DNA of 64,000 nucleotides from assembly GCA_016181585.1 (NCBI GenBank), contig JACOYX010000017.1, positions 8,317 through 72,316 on the forward strand, given 5' to 3'. The number at the start of each line of letters is the position of its first letter. The first letter of the stretch is position 1. Made by a program: the position numbers and the translations under genes. Shown here piece after piece: positions 44,896 through 54,472 of the stretch. The stretch is from Candidatus Sungiibacteriota bacterium. GTDB taxonomy: Bacteria > Patescibacteriota > Minisyncoccia > Sungbacterales > HO2-52-23. The notes under the pieces were generated by a model. It ran no database searches, had not been told where the DNA came from, and was given only the letters and a program-made list of their open reading frames with translations.

Positions 44896-45795
44896 TCACA
44901 ATATCTCTGGCTTCTCTTCTTTTTTAGTGTCCCTTTCGGCAACAAATTTTTTTACTTGTTCGTACCACATCGGCTTCGGCCACAAAAGATTGCCATTTTC
45001 ATCATAGACCGGAAGTAAAACTTTTTCTTCCTGCATAATTTCAATTATTTCTTTTTCAAACTCTACTGAATTTCCGTGCAAACCAAGACTTTTGACACCA
45101 CCAAAGTCTCTTGCTACCACAATCCCTTTGAAAAATCGCGGCGACACACGCGAAAAGATTTCAAAACCGTGTTCAGTATCAGCCTTCGGAAAACCATTTT
45201 CATCTATAATATTATGCTGTTTTAGTCTCTCAAATTCTGGATGTTCCAATATACGCGGATCACCGGGTCGTAACCCTTTAAAATACTTTTTCCAGATTTC
45301 TTGCATACCCTCTCCTGCATTCCAAAATGATTTTACGTTTTTGTTCTCTTTATTGCGCTCATCCGGAGAAATTTCTTTAAATGACGATGGATCAAAAATA
45401 ATTCCTATGGAACCGGATAACCACCAATATGATTTCTTTATCTCAATTGGGTTTTGATCAGAAGTCCTTTTAAAGGAGTTTGCTCTGCCGACAATGTTAA
45501 AACACAACCACAAACCACCTTCTCTTTTCCGCGTAGCTTCCGCCCATGGCTCCTTCCATGGACCTGAATGCAGACCCGTACCAAGAATACCTTCATGGAG
45601 CACTTTTGGAAGTTTTCCTAATGAATTTCCTCTCTCACCATACGCACCTAAAACATGATACGCCGTTCCTTTTTTATTAATATCCTGTACTTTTTCCATA
45701 ATCTTCTCGATCACTTCCGGAGAAAGTTCTTTCTCCCTTTCTTTTCCTTCATCAGCCCTCTCCACAGATTTATTTTCAAATTTTGATTTTTCCAT
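44896..45795 (-). CDS. hypothetical protein
   Basis: Long clean ORF from MEKSKFE; the upstream extension lies in a repeat. Confidence 0.7.
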   Translation of the reverse strand: MEKSKFENKSVERADEGKEREKELSPEVIEKIMEKVQDINKKGTAYHVLGAYGERGNSLGKLPKVLHEGILGTGLHSGPWKEPWAEATRKREGGLWLCFNIVGRANSFKRTSDQNPIEIKKSYWWLSGSIGIIFDPSSFKEISPDERNKENKNVKSFWNAGEGMQEIWKKYFKGLRPGDPRILEHPEFERLKQHNIIDENGFPKADTEHGFEIFSRVSPRFFKGIVVARDFGGVKSLGLHGNSVEFEKEIIEIMQEEKVLLPVYDENGNLLWPKPMWYEQVKKFVAERDTKKEEKPEIL

Positions 45796-45806
45796 GGCAA
45801 TAGCAC

Positions 45807-45973
45807 GAGAAAGGTCACTATTGATTTTTCGCGGGGTTTTGAAGTTTCGCAAGCATGGTTCCCGATATTCATTATTTTATTTTTATAAATGAAAATCGGG
45901 ATTGCGAAACTTCACCCTTCAATTTGCTCGCTGGAGCAAATTGAAAAAGCGAAAATTAATAGTGACATTTCTC
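45807..45973 (+). repeat. TGGT-bulge structured palindromic element, copy 5
   Basis: gaagtttcgcaa-GCATGGT-tcccgat...atcggga-ttgcgaaacttc; compensatory changes relative to copy 1. Confidence 0.85.
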
Positions 45974-45991
45974 CAATTTTAATAATAAAAG

Positions 45992-47377
45992 CTAGTTGAA
46001 TAACTCTCTCTTCACATACTCCGCAATCCTTTTTCCGCACATACCATCATAAAACTGTATCTGTTCTTTTCTCATGCGTTCCCGCCCTTCTCGATCAAGC
46101 GCGGGATTTTTTAAATAGGCATCAACGGCATAAATAAGCTCATAATTATTATACACCAATCGCACCCCTTTTGTATCTTCCAGCTCGCGATAGTGATCGT
46201 GCCTGTCCGGCACATATTTCACGCTATGAATCGGTGGAGTATTCTGATCCGCATCGTAACGAATACCAATCATCGGTTTATCAAACGCCACTGCATCAAT
46301 CGTCAACGTGGAAAACGTATTAATCATGATTTCAGAAAAATACAGAGAATTTATCATGAGCTGTAAATCAACCTCGTCAAATTCCCAGTCTTTGCGCGAC
46401 ATGGCAATTTGCGTTTGAATTGGAAAAAAATATTGGCACGGCTGTGAAAAAGAAACATGATCGCTTTTACGAATTTGCTCCACGGGAATTTCTGGCGTAG
46501 CAGGGCGATAGCGAACTAAAATATGTAAATCATTTGGCAATTTTCCGGTATCAATCGCCTCAAGCAACGCATTGAGCATAATGACCGCCGAACCTGTAAA
46601 CCGATCATAAAACGGCGCAAAAAGAATAATGCGCCGATGGGGATCGATGCCTATGGTTTTGCAAAAATCCTCACGCGAAACCGGACGCGGCCGGAAAAAT
46701 TCATCGTATCCCGGCGGTCCCGTGATAATAATGTCGTCCTCCGAAATGCCGGTGTATTTTACAGCCTGTTTTTTCATCCTTTCTGTGTATAGAATCAACT
46801 TATCCGGCAAAAGCTGTATTGCCCCTTTCGATGTTAAGTTGTCCCACGAGCGTACCATGCCGATGATCGAAATACCCAAACGCTTGCATGCCCGCAAAAA
46901 CACGCGGTCTATTCCAAACGCCACATCTGGCGCGAGCAATAAATCAGGTTTATATTTATCGACAAGCTTCAAAACTCCTTCGTCCACCGGCACAAAACGA
47001 TCAAGCCAACGCACCATTTTGCGGGGAAAGAGAAAAGGGCCAAAAACAAAATTCACTGCGCGCTGTAAAAAGAATTTTGTAAAATTGCCGTATTTTAAAT
47101 ACCGCTCGCGCTGGCGAAACCAAATAGTCCGCGTGCGAAGCAAGTTGAAAGCAAAGCTTGAGAGCGCTTCTCCAAACCAATTTTCTCCGATACCATCCAA
47201 CACTTCAAACACCACGTTCGGCGCCTGAAACCGCTTCTGATAAAACTCCAGTTTCGACGATGGAATCACCACCACGAGCCTTATTCGCGGATCGCTCACC
47301 AGCTCCCGATAAATATCCGTCGGAAAAAAATTCTTAGACACAAACCCGTTATAAATGGGAATAAGGATGGTTTTCAT
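45992..47377 (-). CDS. TagB/TagF-like GT-B transferase
   Basis: SWDNLTSKG, TGPPGYD, VRYRP, STLTIDA..FDKP, DG..G.RIA. Confidence 0.7.
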   Translation of the reverse strand: MKTILIPIYNGFVSKNFFPTDIYRELVSDPRIRLVVVIPSSKLEFYQKRFQAPNVVFEVLDGIGENWFGEALSSFAFNLLRTRTIWFRQRERYLKYGNFTKFFLQRAVNFVFGPFLFPRKMVRWLDRFVPVDEGVLKLVDKYKPDLLLAPDVAFGIDRVFLRACKRLGISIIGMVRSWDNLTSKGAIQLLPDKLILYTERMKKQAVKYTGISEDDIIITGPPGYDEFFRPRPVSREDFCKTIGIDPHRRIILFAPFYDRFTGSAVIMLNALLEAIDTGKLPNDLHILVRYRPATPEIPVEQIRKSDHVSFSQPCQYFFPIQTQIAMSRKDWEFDEVDLQLMINSLYFSEIMINTFSTLTIDAVAFDKPMIGIRYDADQNTPPIHSVKYVPDRHDHYRELEDTKGVRLVYNNYELIYAVDAYLKNPALDREGRERMRKEQIQFYDGMCGKRIAEYVKRELFN

Positions 47378-47446
47378 AATTTTTTAACATCTTCTACATC
47401 CACATGGTGTGTTTGTTTGCAGTTGTATTCATCACTCCTTTCAAAA

Positions 47447-49237
47447 TCACTTCCCCTCGACATACCATTCCCCAACCACCACTCCATCAACCCACCCGCT
47501 TACCAAGTGCTCCAGCGCATCGCGCGGCGAACCCACAATCGGAAGGCCGTGGCGATTAAATGATGTATTGAGCAAAAGCCCAATGCCGGTTTTCGCTTTA
47601 AACTCTTTTAATATATCATAAAACCACGGATTCCATTCTTTGGATACCGTCTGCGGCCGCATCGTGCCATCCACATGCACAACTGCCGGAACTTCCTTTT
47701 TTGCAAAATCATTTGCGGGAACTGCAAATGTCATATAACGATATTCGCCGCCGCCCTCCCAAAAACGATGCGCCTCTTCTTCCATGAGTGAAGGCGCAAA
47801 CGGAACAAAAGGCTCTCTGCCTTTTAAAATTTTATTGATCCGGTCCTTCACGGCGTTATTTCGCGGATCGGCCAACACCGAGCGATTACCAAGAGCGCGA
47901 GGCCCCATTTCAAGCCGCCCATGAAACGTGCCGATTACTTTTCCTTGAATCAATTTCTCCGTAATGAGCATAGGTGTCGCATCTTGCACTGAAAACTCTC
48001 CAGTAGAAACAACGGCATCAATATCTTTTTTTATTTCATCATCCGAAAATTCGTGCCCCAAATATGGATTGCCAAATTTCACCCGCCCTTTCAATGCGTC
48101 CATTTGATAGAGCGCTTCCATAGCGGCGCCAGCGGCAAGACCGGAATCTCCCGAATCTGGAAACACGAAAAAATTATCCGGCTTTAATTCATCGCGAATG
48201 CGCGCATTGCCTTTTACATTCAGCATTACACCGCCCGCCGCCGCGATATTTTTAGAGGCAGTAAGGCGCGTCGCGTCACGGACATAGTCCGCCATATTTT
48301 TCTCGCAATGTTCTTGCGCATAATAGCTGAAGTCTTCCCGCGTCATCGTATCCAAATATTTTTTAAATTCATCAGCTTGGGCAATAGATATTAAAGGATT
48401 GGGAAGCGCTTTTTCCGGATACACTTTGTTGAAATCACGCAGATTCCAATGAATGTTCGAGCGCATGACTCCGTCTTCCACCCGCACGATATCGCGAAAA
48501 GGATTTTCTCCGTGAGGATCGGCAAAAGCCGCCAACCCCATAGTTTTGTATTCTCCGTCCACAGGCACAAATCCCAGCGCTTCGGTAACCGCCTGATAAA
48601 AATGCCCCAAACTATCTTTTGCGGCGGAGCTCCGCAAAAGCTCCATAGTTCCATCGGCAGAACCTTTATATATGGTTCCGCAAAGCCCGTCGCCCACGCC
48701 ATCGAGCGTAACCACACACGCCTCGGAAAACCCCGAAAGCCGAAAAGCCGAAGCCGCATGAGCGCGGTGATGGGCGATATAAAAAAAAGGCACATCGCCC
48801 CGCATAAGACCGATTTCTTTCAAATAATCTTGAAAACGAAGCCAGTGCCTTTCAGGGAAAGGATTTTCCGTTTTCTTTTTGTGGTCATTACTTTCGCCGT
48901 ATACAATACGCTTTGCCCACGCGCGCGTCGCGCTCGGCGATACAGCCGGTTCAACGCTTTCCTTCCCCGCGGCATCAATTGAAAAAGTTTTTTTATGTTC
49001 CGGATACAGCACGCGCCGCGTGGTAAACGCCACTGCAGAAATTTCCGCCGGGGAAACCCCCGCGGTTTTCAAAACCGTTTCCAACGCTTGACGCGGAAAT
49101 CCGCAATGATGTTTTATCCGCGAAATTCTTTCCTCCGCAACCGCCGCCACAACCCCATCCGAAGAACACAAGGCCACTGAAGCATCATGCTTAACGTGAA
49201 TTCCAAGAACCATCGGCGCTTTTTTTGGTAATACCAT
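47447..49237 (-). CDS. carbamoyltransferase (NodU/CmcH family)
   Basis: HDASVAL, EERISRIKH, HHRAHAAS, GEYKTMGLA, GGVMLN, GPRALGNRS, LNTSFN. Confidence 0.95.
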   Translation of the reverse strand: MVLPKKAPMVLGIHVKHDASVALCSSDGVVAAVAEERISRIKHHCGFPRQALETVLKTAGVSPAEISAVAFTTRRVLYPEHKKTFSIDAAGKESVEPAVSPSATRAWAKRIVYGESNDHKKKTENPFPERHWLRFQDYLKEIGLMRGDVPFFYIAHHRAHAASAFRLSGFSEACVVTLDGVGDGLCGTIYKGSADGTMELLRSSAAKDSLGHFYQAVTEALGFVPVDGEYKTMGLAAFADPHGENPFRDIVRVEDGVMRSNIHWNLRDFNKVYPEKALPNPLISIAQADEFKKYLDTMTREDFSYYAQEHCEKNMADYVRDATRLTASKNIAAAGGVMLNVKGNARIRDELKPDNFFVFPDSGDSGLAAGAAMEALYQMDALKGRVKFGNPYLGHEFSDDEIKKDIDAVVSTGEFSVQDATPMLITEKLIQGKVIGTFHGRLEMGPRALGNRSVLADPRNNAVKDRINKILKGREPFVPFAPSLMEEEAHRFWEGGGEYRYMTFAVPANDFAKKEVPAVVHVDGTMRPQTVSKEWNPWFYDILKEFKAKTGIGLLLNTSFNRHGLPIVGSPRDALEHLVSGWVDGVVVGEWYVEGK

Positions 49238-49246
49238 AATAGTACT

Positions 49247-49894
49247 TTAACTGTTTACGAGATGGTCTGTATACCCCATGCTTACTAATTTATCATATGC
49301 GTCCCACACATCTGAAGGAATATCTTGTACAATTTGAAAACCTTTTTTGGGATATATTTTTATTCTTTGCAAATCCCCAACCATGATATTAATTATCAAG
49401 TCGATTGGAAGTTTCTCTGTGGGGTACTGTTCAAATGAAATTTGCGGCGAGGTGACAACAAAATTTTTCTCCGGCCATACTTTTTTAAAAGTAGCATACG
49501 CCCGCCGCTCCATATATGGTTTTTGTACCAAAATTATTTTTTGCGGGTCGAGACCGTGCGACACAAGCAATTCTTTAACAAATTGAATATTCTCTCCCGT
49601 ATTTGTAGATTTATTTTCGACTAAAATTTTATCTTCAGGTACACCCATTTCTAAAGCGCGTTTCTTAAACATATCCGCTTCCGCGTCTTTCCACTCTTCC
49701 GGCGTTAGCCAGCCTCTTCCTCCGGAGAAAATAATAAATAGCGCCCAGTTTTTCAAAAAAAGTTCTGCGGCTCGCTCCGCAACCCTAACATCATTGCTCC
49801 CCAACGCCAAAATGCAATCCGCTTGTTCAAGCGGCTGATGCATGTGGTGATAATTCCAGATTTTCTCGGCCAGTTTATAAACTTCGTTGTCCAC
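49247..49894 (-). CDS. YdcF/DUF218 family protein
   Basis: SGG.G, EA, ENKSTNTGEN, KPYMERR. Confidence 0.88.
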   Translation of the reverse strand: MDNEVYKLAEKIWNYHHMHQPLEQADCILALGSNDVRVAERAAELFLKNWALFIIFSGGRGWLTPEEWKDAEADMFKKRALEMGVPEDKILVENKSTNTGENIQFVKELLVSHGLDPQKIILVQKPYMERRAYATFKKVWPEKNFVVTSPQISFEQYPTEKLPIDLIINIMVGDLQRIKIYPKKGFQIVQDIPSDVWDAYDKLVSMGYTDHLVNS

Positions 49895-49931
49895 GATAAC
49901 AGTGTTACAAAGGCGACATTGAAAAAACTAT

Positions 49932-50117
49932 GAGACCATTACTAAACTCTTTTTTCTCAGCGAGATCGCAGTTCGCGCGGGAAACTTGAATAATGAGGAA
50001 AGACTATTAGGATAATAATCTGATGAAGGCGGATGTTTTGGGGCCGACGCTTTGCCGTGCTGTCGAGTGCGAAATTATGCCGGTCATAAGCAGAAAAAGG
50101 AGTTTTGTAATGGTCTC
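49932..50117. mobile_element. MITE-like element with IS5-like ends
   Basis: gagaccattactaaactc...gagttttgtaatggtctc, TAT on both flanks. Confidence 0.65.
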
Positions 50118-51097
50118 TATATCCACTTCTGATTATCAAGAGTCCATTGTATCGTGTGCTTGAGCGATTCTTCAAAGGTCATCGGCATATGCCAGCCAAG
50201 CGTTGCAAGTTTTGATCCGTCCAAAGCATACCGAAGATCATGCCCCGGGCGCGACGAATGAAAATCAACCAATTCATATTCCAAAGGCTTCCCCACAACC
50301 CGCGCAATGGACTGCGCCATCGAAAGATTGTCCACTTCCCGTTCACCCGCGATGTTGTATTTCTCGCGCTGTTTTGCATGGGCAAGTAAAAACAAAAGCG
50401 CTGAAGAAACATTTTGCGCATGAATCCATGATCTCCTCCCTGCCTGTGTTTTTGTTGGATCGGCATGAATCGTTACTTTCTCTCTCGCTAGCAAACTTTT
50501 GATAACTTTGGGGATAAATTTTTCTCGATATTGGCGATCGCCAAAAATATTCATGGTGTGCGTAATGAAAAGCGGAAGTTTATAGGTATTTGCATAGGAC
50601 AACGCAAGCTCTTCACCCCCCGCTTTCGTTGCGGAATACGGATTCGCTGAATTATAGCGATCCCACTCTTTATAGGAAACGCCTTCCTCTGCCGGCCCAA
50701 ATATCTCGTCCGTGCTGAAATAGACAAACCAAGTAAGATGAGGAAGAGACCGCGCAAAATTTAGCATATGCATGGTTCCAACCACATTGGACATAACAAA
50801 CGGCTCCGGGTTTTCAATACTGCGATCAACATGCGTTTCCGCTCCCATGTGGACAATATAATCCACCTCGCCGACTTCATGGCGCACGCCCTCGCTCAGC
50901 GATTGAGAAAAATCGCATCCCAAAACCAAAACACGTTTGTTGTCGAGCGCCGCAATATCGCGAAGCCGATCCAGCCCGTGCGACGCATAGGTCAATTTAT
51001 CGATAATCACCACGTCCCAATCGGTATTTTTCAGGACATAATCCACAAAGTGATGCCCCATAAACCCACATCCGCCGGTGATAAGAATTCTTTTCAT
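50117..51097 (-). CDS. rmlB: dTDP-glucose 4,6-dehydratase-like
   Basis: TGGCGFMG, DKLTYA, AETHVDRSI, STDE, YSATK, RPGHDLRYA. Confidence 0.88.
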   Translation of the reverse strand: MKRILITGGCGFMGHHFVDYVLKNTDWDVVIIDKLTYASHGLDRLRDIAALDNKRVLVLGCDFSQSLSEGVRHEVGEVDYIVHMGAETHVDRSIENPEPFVMSNVVGTMHMLNFARSLPHLTWFVYFSTDEIFGPAEEGVSYKEWDRYNSANPYSATKAGGEELALSYANTYKLPLFITHTMNIFGDRQYREKFIPKVIKSLLAREKVTIHADPTKTQAGRRSWIHAQNVSSALLFLLAHAKQREKYNIAGEREVDNLSMAQSIARVVGKPLEYELVDFHSSRPGHDLRYALDGSKLATLGWHMPMTFEESLKHTIQWTLDNQKWI

Positions 51098-51203
51098 AAC
51101 TTTTTATTTTTAATTATGAGGCATGACCTCATAAATGAGAAAACTCCATAATAAACATATAACAAGCGAAAAGAGCTTTACGTTTCGACCATGCTGTCTT
51201 TAA

Positions 51204-51465
51204 GAAACTGTCTGAAAAGTACTCTTTCGGTAAAAACAAACCGTCTTTTCGATAAAAATCATTAGACCTACTGCGTAAAGATTTTCGTAACGAAATTTCT
51301 TAATTTAGAGACAAAATCGTTGAATAAATTTCGAGGCCTATCGGGCTTAGATAAGTCAAGAAATTTTGAAGCGATTTTGGCCTAAATTAAGAAATTGCAG
51401 TAGAAGTATCTTTACGCAGTAGGTCTATTGATTTTAACTTCGAAAGGTACTTTTTCAACAGTTTC
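51204..51465. mobile_element. inverted-repeat element hosting family A copy 3 (51263-51427)
   Basis: gaaactgtctgaaaagtac...gtactttttcaacagtttc with TAA on both flanks. Confidence 0.7.
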
Positions 51466-52837
51466 TAAGCATATTCTCAACTTCCCTTGCGGCCGCTTCC
51501 CCCGCAGGAGTTTCCACGCCGCGTGGCCGGATATAGCGCTTGATGAACTGCTGTCGCTTTTCGCGATGCTCATCCTTACCTTCGAGAATAGCGTGTACCG
51601 CCGCAGGAAATTTCTCGGTGTTGCGCACAAGCTTAAGTACGTCCGCCTCTAGCAATTGCCGGAAGTGCTTCGTTTGCTCCTGCGTCTTGCCATACTCGCC
51701 CGTCAAGATTCCTATGGCGGGTTTTCCCATAACCATGGCGTCAATAATGCCCGTAGTATTGGCGCCCACCACCGCCGCCGAAGAAAAATATAAAGTATCA
51801 AAAAATAACTGCAATGCCTGCGTGGTGTCCGGCAAATCCCCGTCTTTCGGCACAATGACGACATTCCTTCTCTTTATTTTTTCATATATTTTCGCATTGG
51901 CAGGGTGTGGCCGTACGATCATTTGCGTACGCTGAAGCAGTTCGTCAGAACAATTGTCCAGCGCATCGCGTAATTTCTCGACAAGCCATGTTTCATCCTC
52001 CGCCATATTGCTTGAGGAGCCGAGATATACAATGATTGCATCTTCCGGCCGCAATCCGTGCCGTTGGCAAAATTCCTCGCGAGAAATAGATGGCTCCATA
52101 CCGGAAAACCACTCATCAAACATGGGTGCACCGATAATCCGTATCCGCTCCCGCGGAAAGTCTTGATGCTCAACCGCCTCTTCTTTCTGCACATCGTTCC
52201 AGACAAAAAGCATATCAGGAAATACATGAATCAAACCTTTGGTTGTAAGGTTATCCCATGAAGCCACAGGCACCGCCGAAGGAATGCCCAGAGCCTTCGC
52301 GGCTTTCAAGTATTCCAATTCGGAGGATGCAAAACGCAAATCCACAGGAGAAGCAAGAAAAAAATCCGGCGCAAAACGCCTCACTGCGGCAATAATATTT
52401 TTATCGGAAGGAGCGATACGCTCCGCCATTTTAAGCATTGCTCCAAAAAAGGCGGTCTTCAAAAAATTCCCCGCATAAGGAATACGCAGGAATGCGCGGA
52501 AAAAATTCGGCAAATACGCTTCGTAGCGATCTTTGTAATAATCGGATTGTCGTCCCTGACGCACCCGCAAATAGCGCCGGTAACTTAAAATTTCCCTCGT
52601 ATAAAAAAGCAGAGTGCTCCACCGATCAGTTCTCCTCAAAGAAAATTCATAGGAAAACTGCGGAAACTTTTTTTTGTATTCGCGCACTGCACCAAGCCCG
52701 CCTTCATGCTTGCTCCAGCGCGGATCAAAAAGCGCATGCACAGTATGCCCGCGACCGCAAAGCGCGGCAACAATGCTTTTTACATGATGAAAATTATTGG
52801 TTGAGCGGACGGCAAATAAAATTTTTAAACTGCTCAT
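51455..52837 (-). CDS. TagB/TagF-like GT-B transferase
   Basis: SWDNLTTKG, GAPMFD, VRPHP, NTTGIIDA. Confidence 0.65.
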   Translation of the reverse strand: MSSLKILFAVRSTNNFHHVKSIVAALCGRGHTVHALFDPRWSKHEGGLGAVREYKKKFPQFSYEFSLRRTDRWSTLLFYTREILSYRRYLRVRQGRQSDYYKDRYEAYLPNFFRAFLRIPYAGNFLKTAFFGAMLKMAERIAPSDKNIIAAVRRFAPDFFLASPVDLRFASSELEYLKAAKALGIPSAVPVASWDNLTTKGLIHVFPDMLFVWNDVQKEEAVEHQDFPRERIRIIGAPMFDEWFSGMEPSISREEFCQRHGLRPEDAIIVYLGSSSNMAEDETWLVEKLRDALDNCSDELLQRTQMIVRPHPANAKIYEKIKRRNVVIVPKDGDLPDTTQALQLFFDTLYFSSAAVVGANTTGIIDAMVMGKPAIGILTGEYGKTQEQTKHFRQLLEADVLKLVRNTEKFPAAVHAILEGKDEHREKRQQFIKRYIRPRGVETPAGEAAAREVENMLRNC

Positions 52838-53751
52838 AAGGGAATATGATATTTTCGCTTAGCGCGGAATAAAAATTCATATATCCGCGGAAAAAATTCA
52901 TGCAAGACAAACCCGCGATTATTCCATAAAAACAAAGGAATTTCCGTGGGCAGAATTGTTATCTTTTGCAAAAAAGAAGCGTTCGGAGAAGTGACAAGGC
53001 GACCGATCATGGCAGTAATCGTGCGTGAACGGCGATACCGGCTCCTCATTGCCTTGCCGAAGGCATCTTTTTGAAACCGCTCCAAAATCTTTTTTCTCTT
53101 CACCGTCTTATGCCACAATACATCGGGGGTTCCGTATATTCTTGCCGCAAGCGCCGCTTCCGACATAAATACCCTATCAGGAGCCACGCATTTTGGAAAC
53201 GGCCGGGAAAAAAGCCGCGCCAAAAATTTTCTCTCAAAAAGCCCGTAAAGTATATAATGAAACGGCGTATCCCAGCGCATCATATTGCGCAACATGGCGC
53301 GCTCATTCCATGCAGTAATGTCATAATCGCCCGCAAAAACGACAGTTCCAGCAATAGTCCCCTCCATATCTATGCGTTCAAACGAACTCATGGCAATGCG
53401 ATAGACCGGATGCTCCTCCAAAGCAAGCACCAGTGTTTCAATAAACTTCTGCTCCCACCAGTCATCATCCGCCGCCCACATAAAATATTCGCCTCGCGCC
53501 TCAAACACCACACTGCGGAAATTCGCTCCCGCACCTCCCTGCTTTTCGCGGCGCACAACACGCACACGCGGATCTTTTTTGGCATATTCTGCGGCTATAG
53601 CAGGAGTCTCATCGCTTGAAGCATCATCGGCAATGATCAATTCAAAATTAAGGTATGTTTGCGCAAGAAGCGAATCAAGCGCTCGCTTCATATAGCGGGC
53701 ACCATTGTAAACCGGCAGTCCTATGCTTACCAATTTTTGCGTATTTTCCAT
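52834..53751 (-). CDS. GT2 glycosyltransferase
   Basis: SIGLPVYNG, DDASSD, WAADDD. Confidence 0.9.
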   Translation of the reverse strand: MENTQKLVSIGLPVYNGARYMKRALDSLLAQTYLNFELIIADDASSDETPAIAAEYAKKDPRVRVVRREKQGGAGANFRSVVFEARGEYFMWAADDDWWEQKFIETLVLALEEHPVYRIAMSSFERIDMEGTIAGTVVFAGDYDITAWNERAMLRNMMRWDTPFHYILYGLFERKFLARLFSRPFPKCVAPDRVFMSEAALAARIYGTPDVLWHKTVKRKKILERFQKDAFGKAMRSRYRRSRTITAMIGRLVTSPNASFLQKITILPTEIPLFLWNNRGFVLHEFFPRIYEFLFRAKRKYHIPL

Positions 53752-53764
53752 TTTATAATTTTAC

Positions 53765-54298
53765 CTAGTTGAGCTTTAACAACGGCCACATTTGATCCTT
53801 CTGGGATACAAAAATATTATTATCCGGCCATTCGATCCCGATCGAGGGATCATCCCACCGTACTCCCCGTTCAAGTTCTTTAGAATAAGATTCGGAAGCC
53901 AAATACTCCACCATCGTATCACCTGCAAGCACTTGAAACCCATGTGCACACCCGCGAGGAATGTAAAGCATGGAGTGATTTTCGGGACTCAATTCAGCGC
54001 CAAACCATTTTCCGAAACTTGGAGAATCCGGCCGCAAGTCTGCGACCACATCAAAAACTCTTCCTCTCGTGCACCATATGAGCTTTTGCTCCTCCTTAGG
54101 CGCCAGCTGAAAATGCAAACCGCGGATAATTCCTTTCTTTTTATTGAGCATCTGGCTCGCCCGCACCGAAACAAAATCAATGCCTTGCTGTAAAAATTCT
54201 TCACGGGAAAAAATATATGCAAAATATCCACGTTCATCCTCGCGCGGATCCTGCGTAATATAATATGCGCCCTCACATGCGGTTTTTTGAAAAATCAT
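53765..54298 (-). CDS. rmlC: dTDP-4-dehydrorhamnose 3,5-epimerase
   Basis: DERGYF, RGLHFQ, DVVADLR, GCAHGF, WDDP. Confidence 0.92.
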   Translation of the reverse strand: MIFQKTACEGAYYITQDPREDERGYFAYIFSREEFLQQGIDFVSVRASQMLNKKKGIIRGLHFQLAPKEEQKLIWCTRGRVFDVVADLRPDSPSFGKWFGAELSPENHSMLYIPRGCAHGFQVLAGDTMVEYLASESYSKELERGVRWDDPSIGIEWPDNNIFVSQKDQMWPLLKLN

Positions 54299-54392
54299 GT
54301 CTAAAAAAGTTCAAAATGAAAATTTTTGGTATTCTTTTCACTCATAAAATTTATACAATACGTCCCGATTTATCGGGACACAACAATTTTTC

Positions 54393-54472
54393 ATTTTGCC
54401 TAGCCTATTCGCATTAGACCGTCTGCGGCAGTCAGACCAGGTCACAGACGGCTTAAGGATATTTACATTTTA
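54393..54472. repeat. short palindromic repeat, copy 2 with internal expansion
   Basis: Same ends as 491-540. Confidence 0.7.

Noticed and set aside
49957-50175. Short ORFs over intergenic elements (also 21280-21486, 57810-57995, 5331-5600)
   Set aside because: Coincide with palindromic repeats; no start signals or protein motifs.
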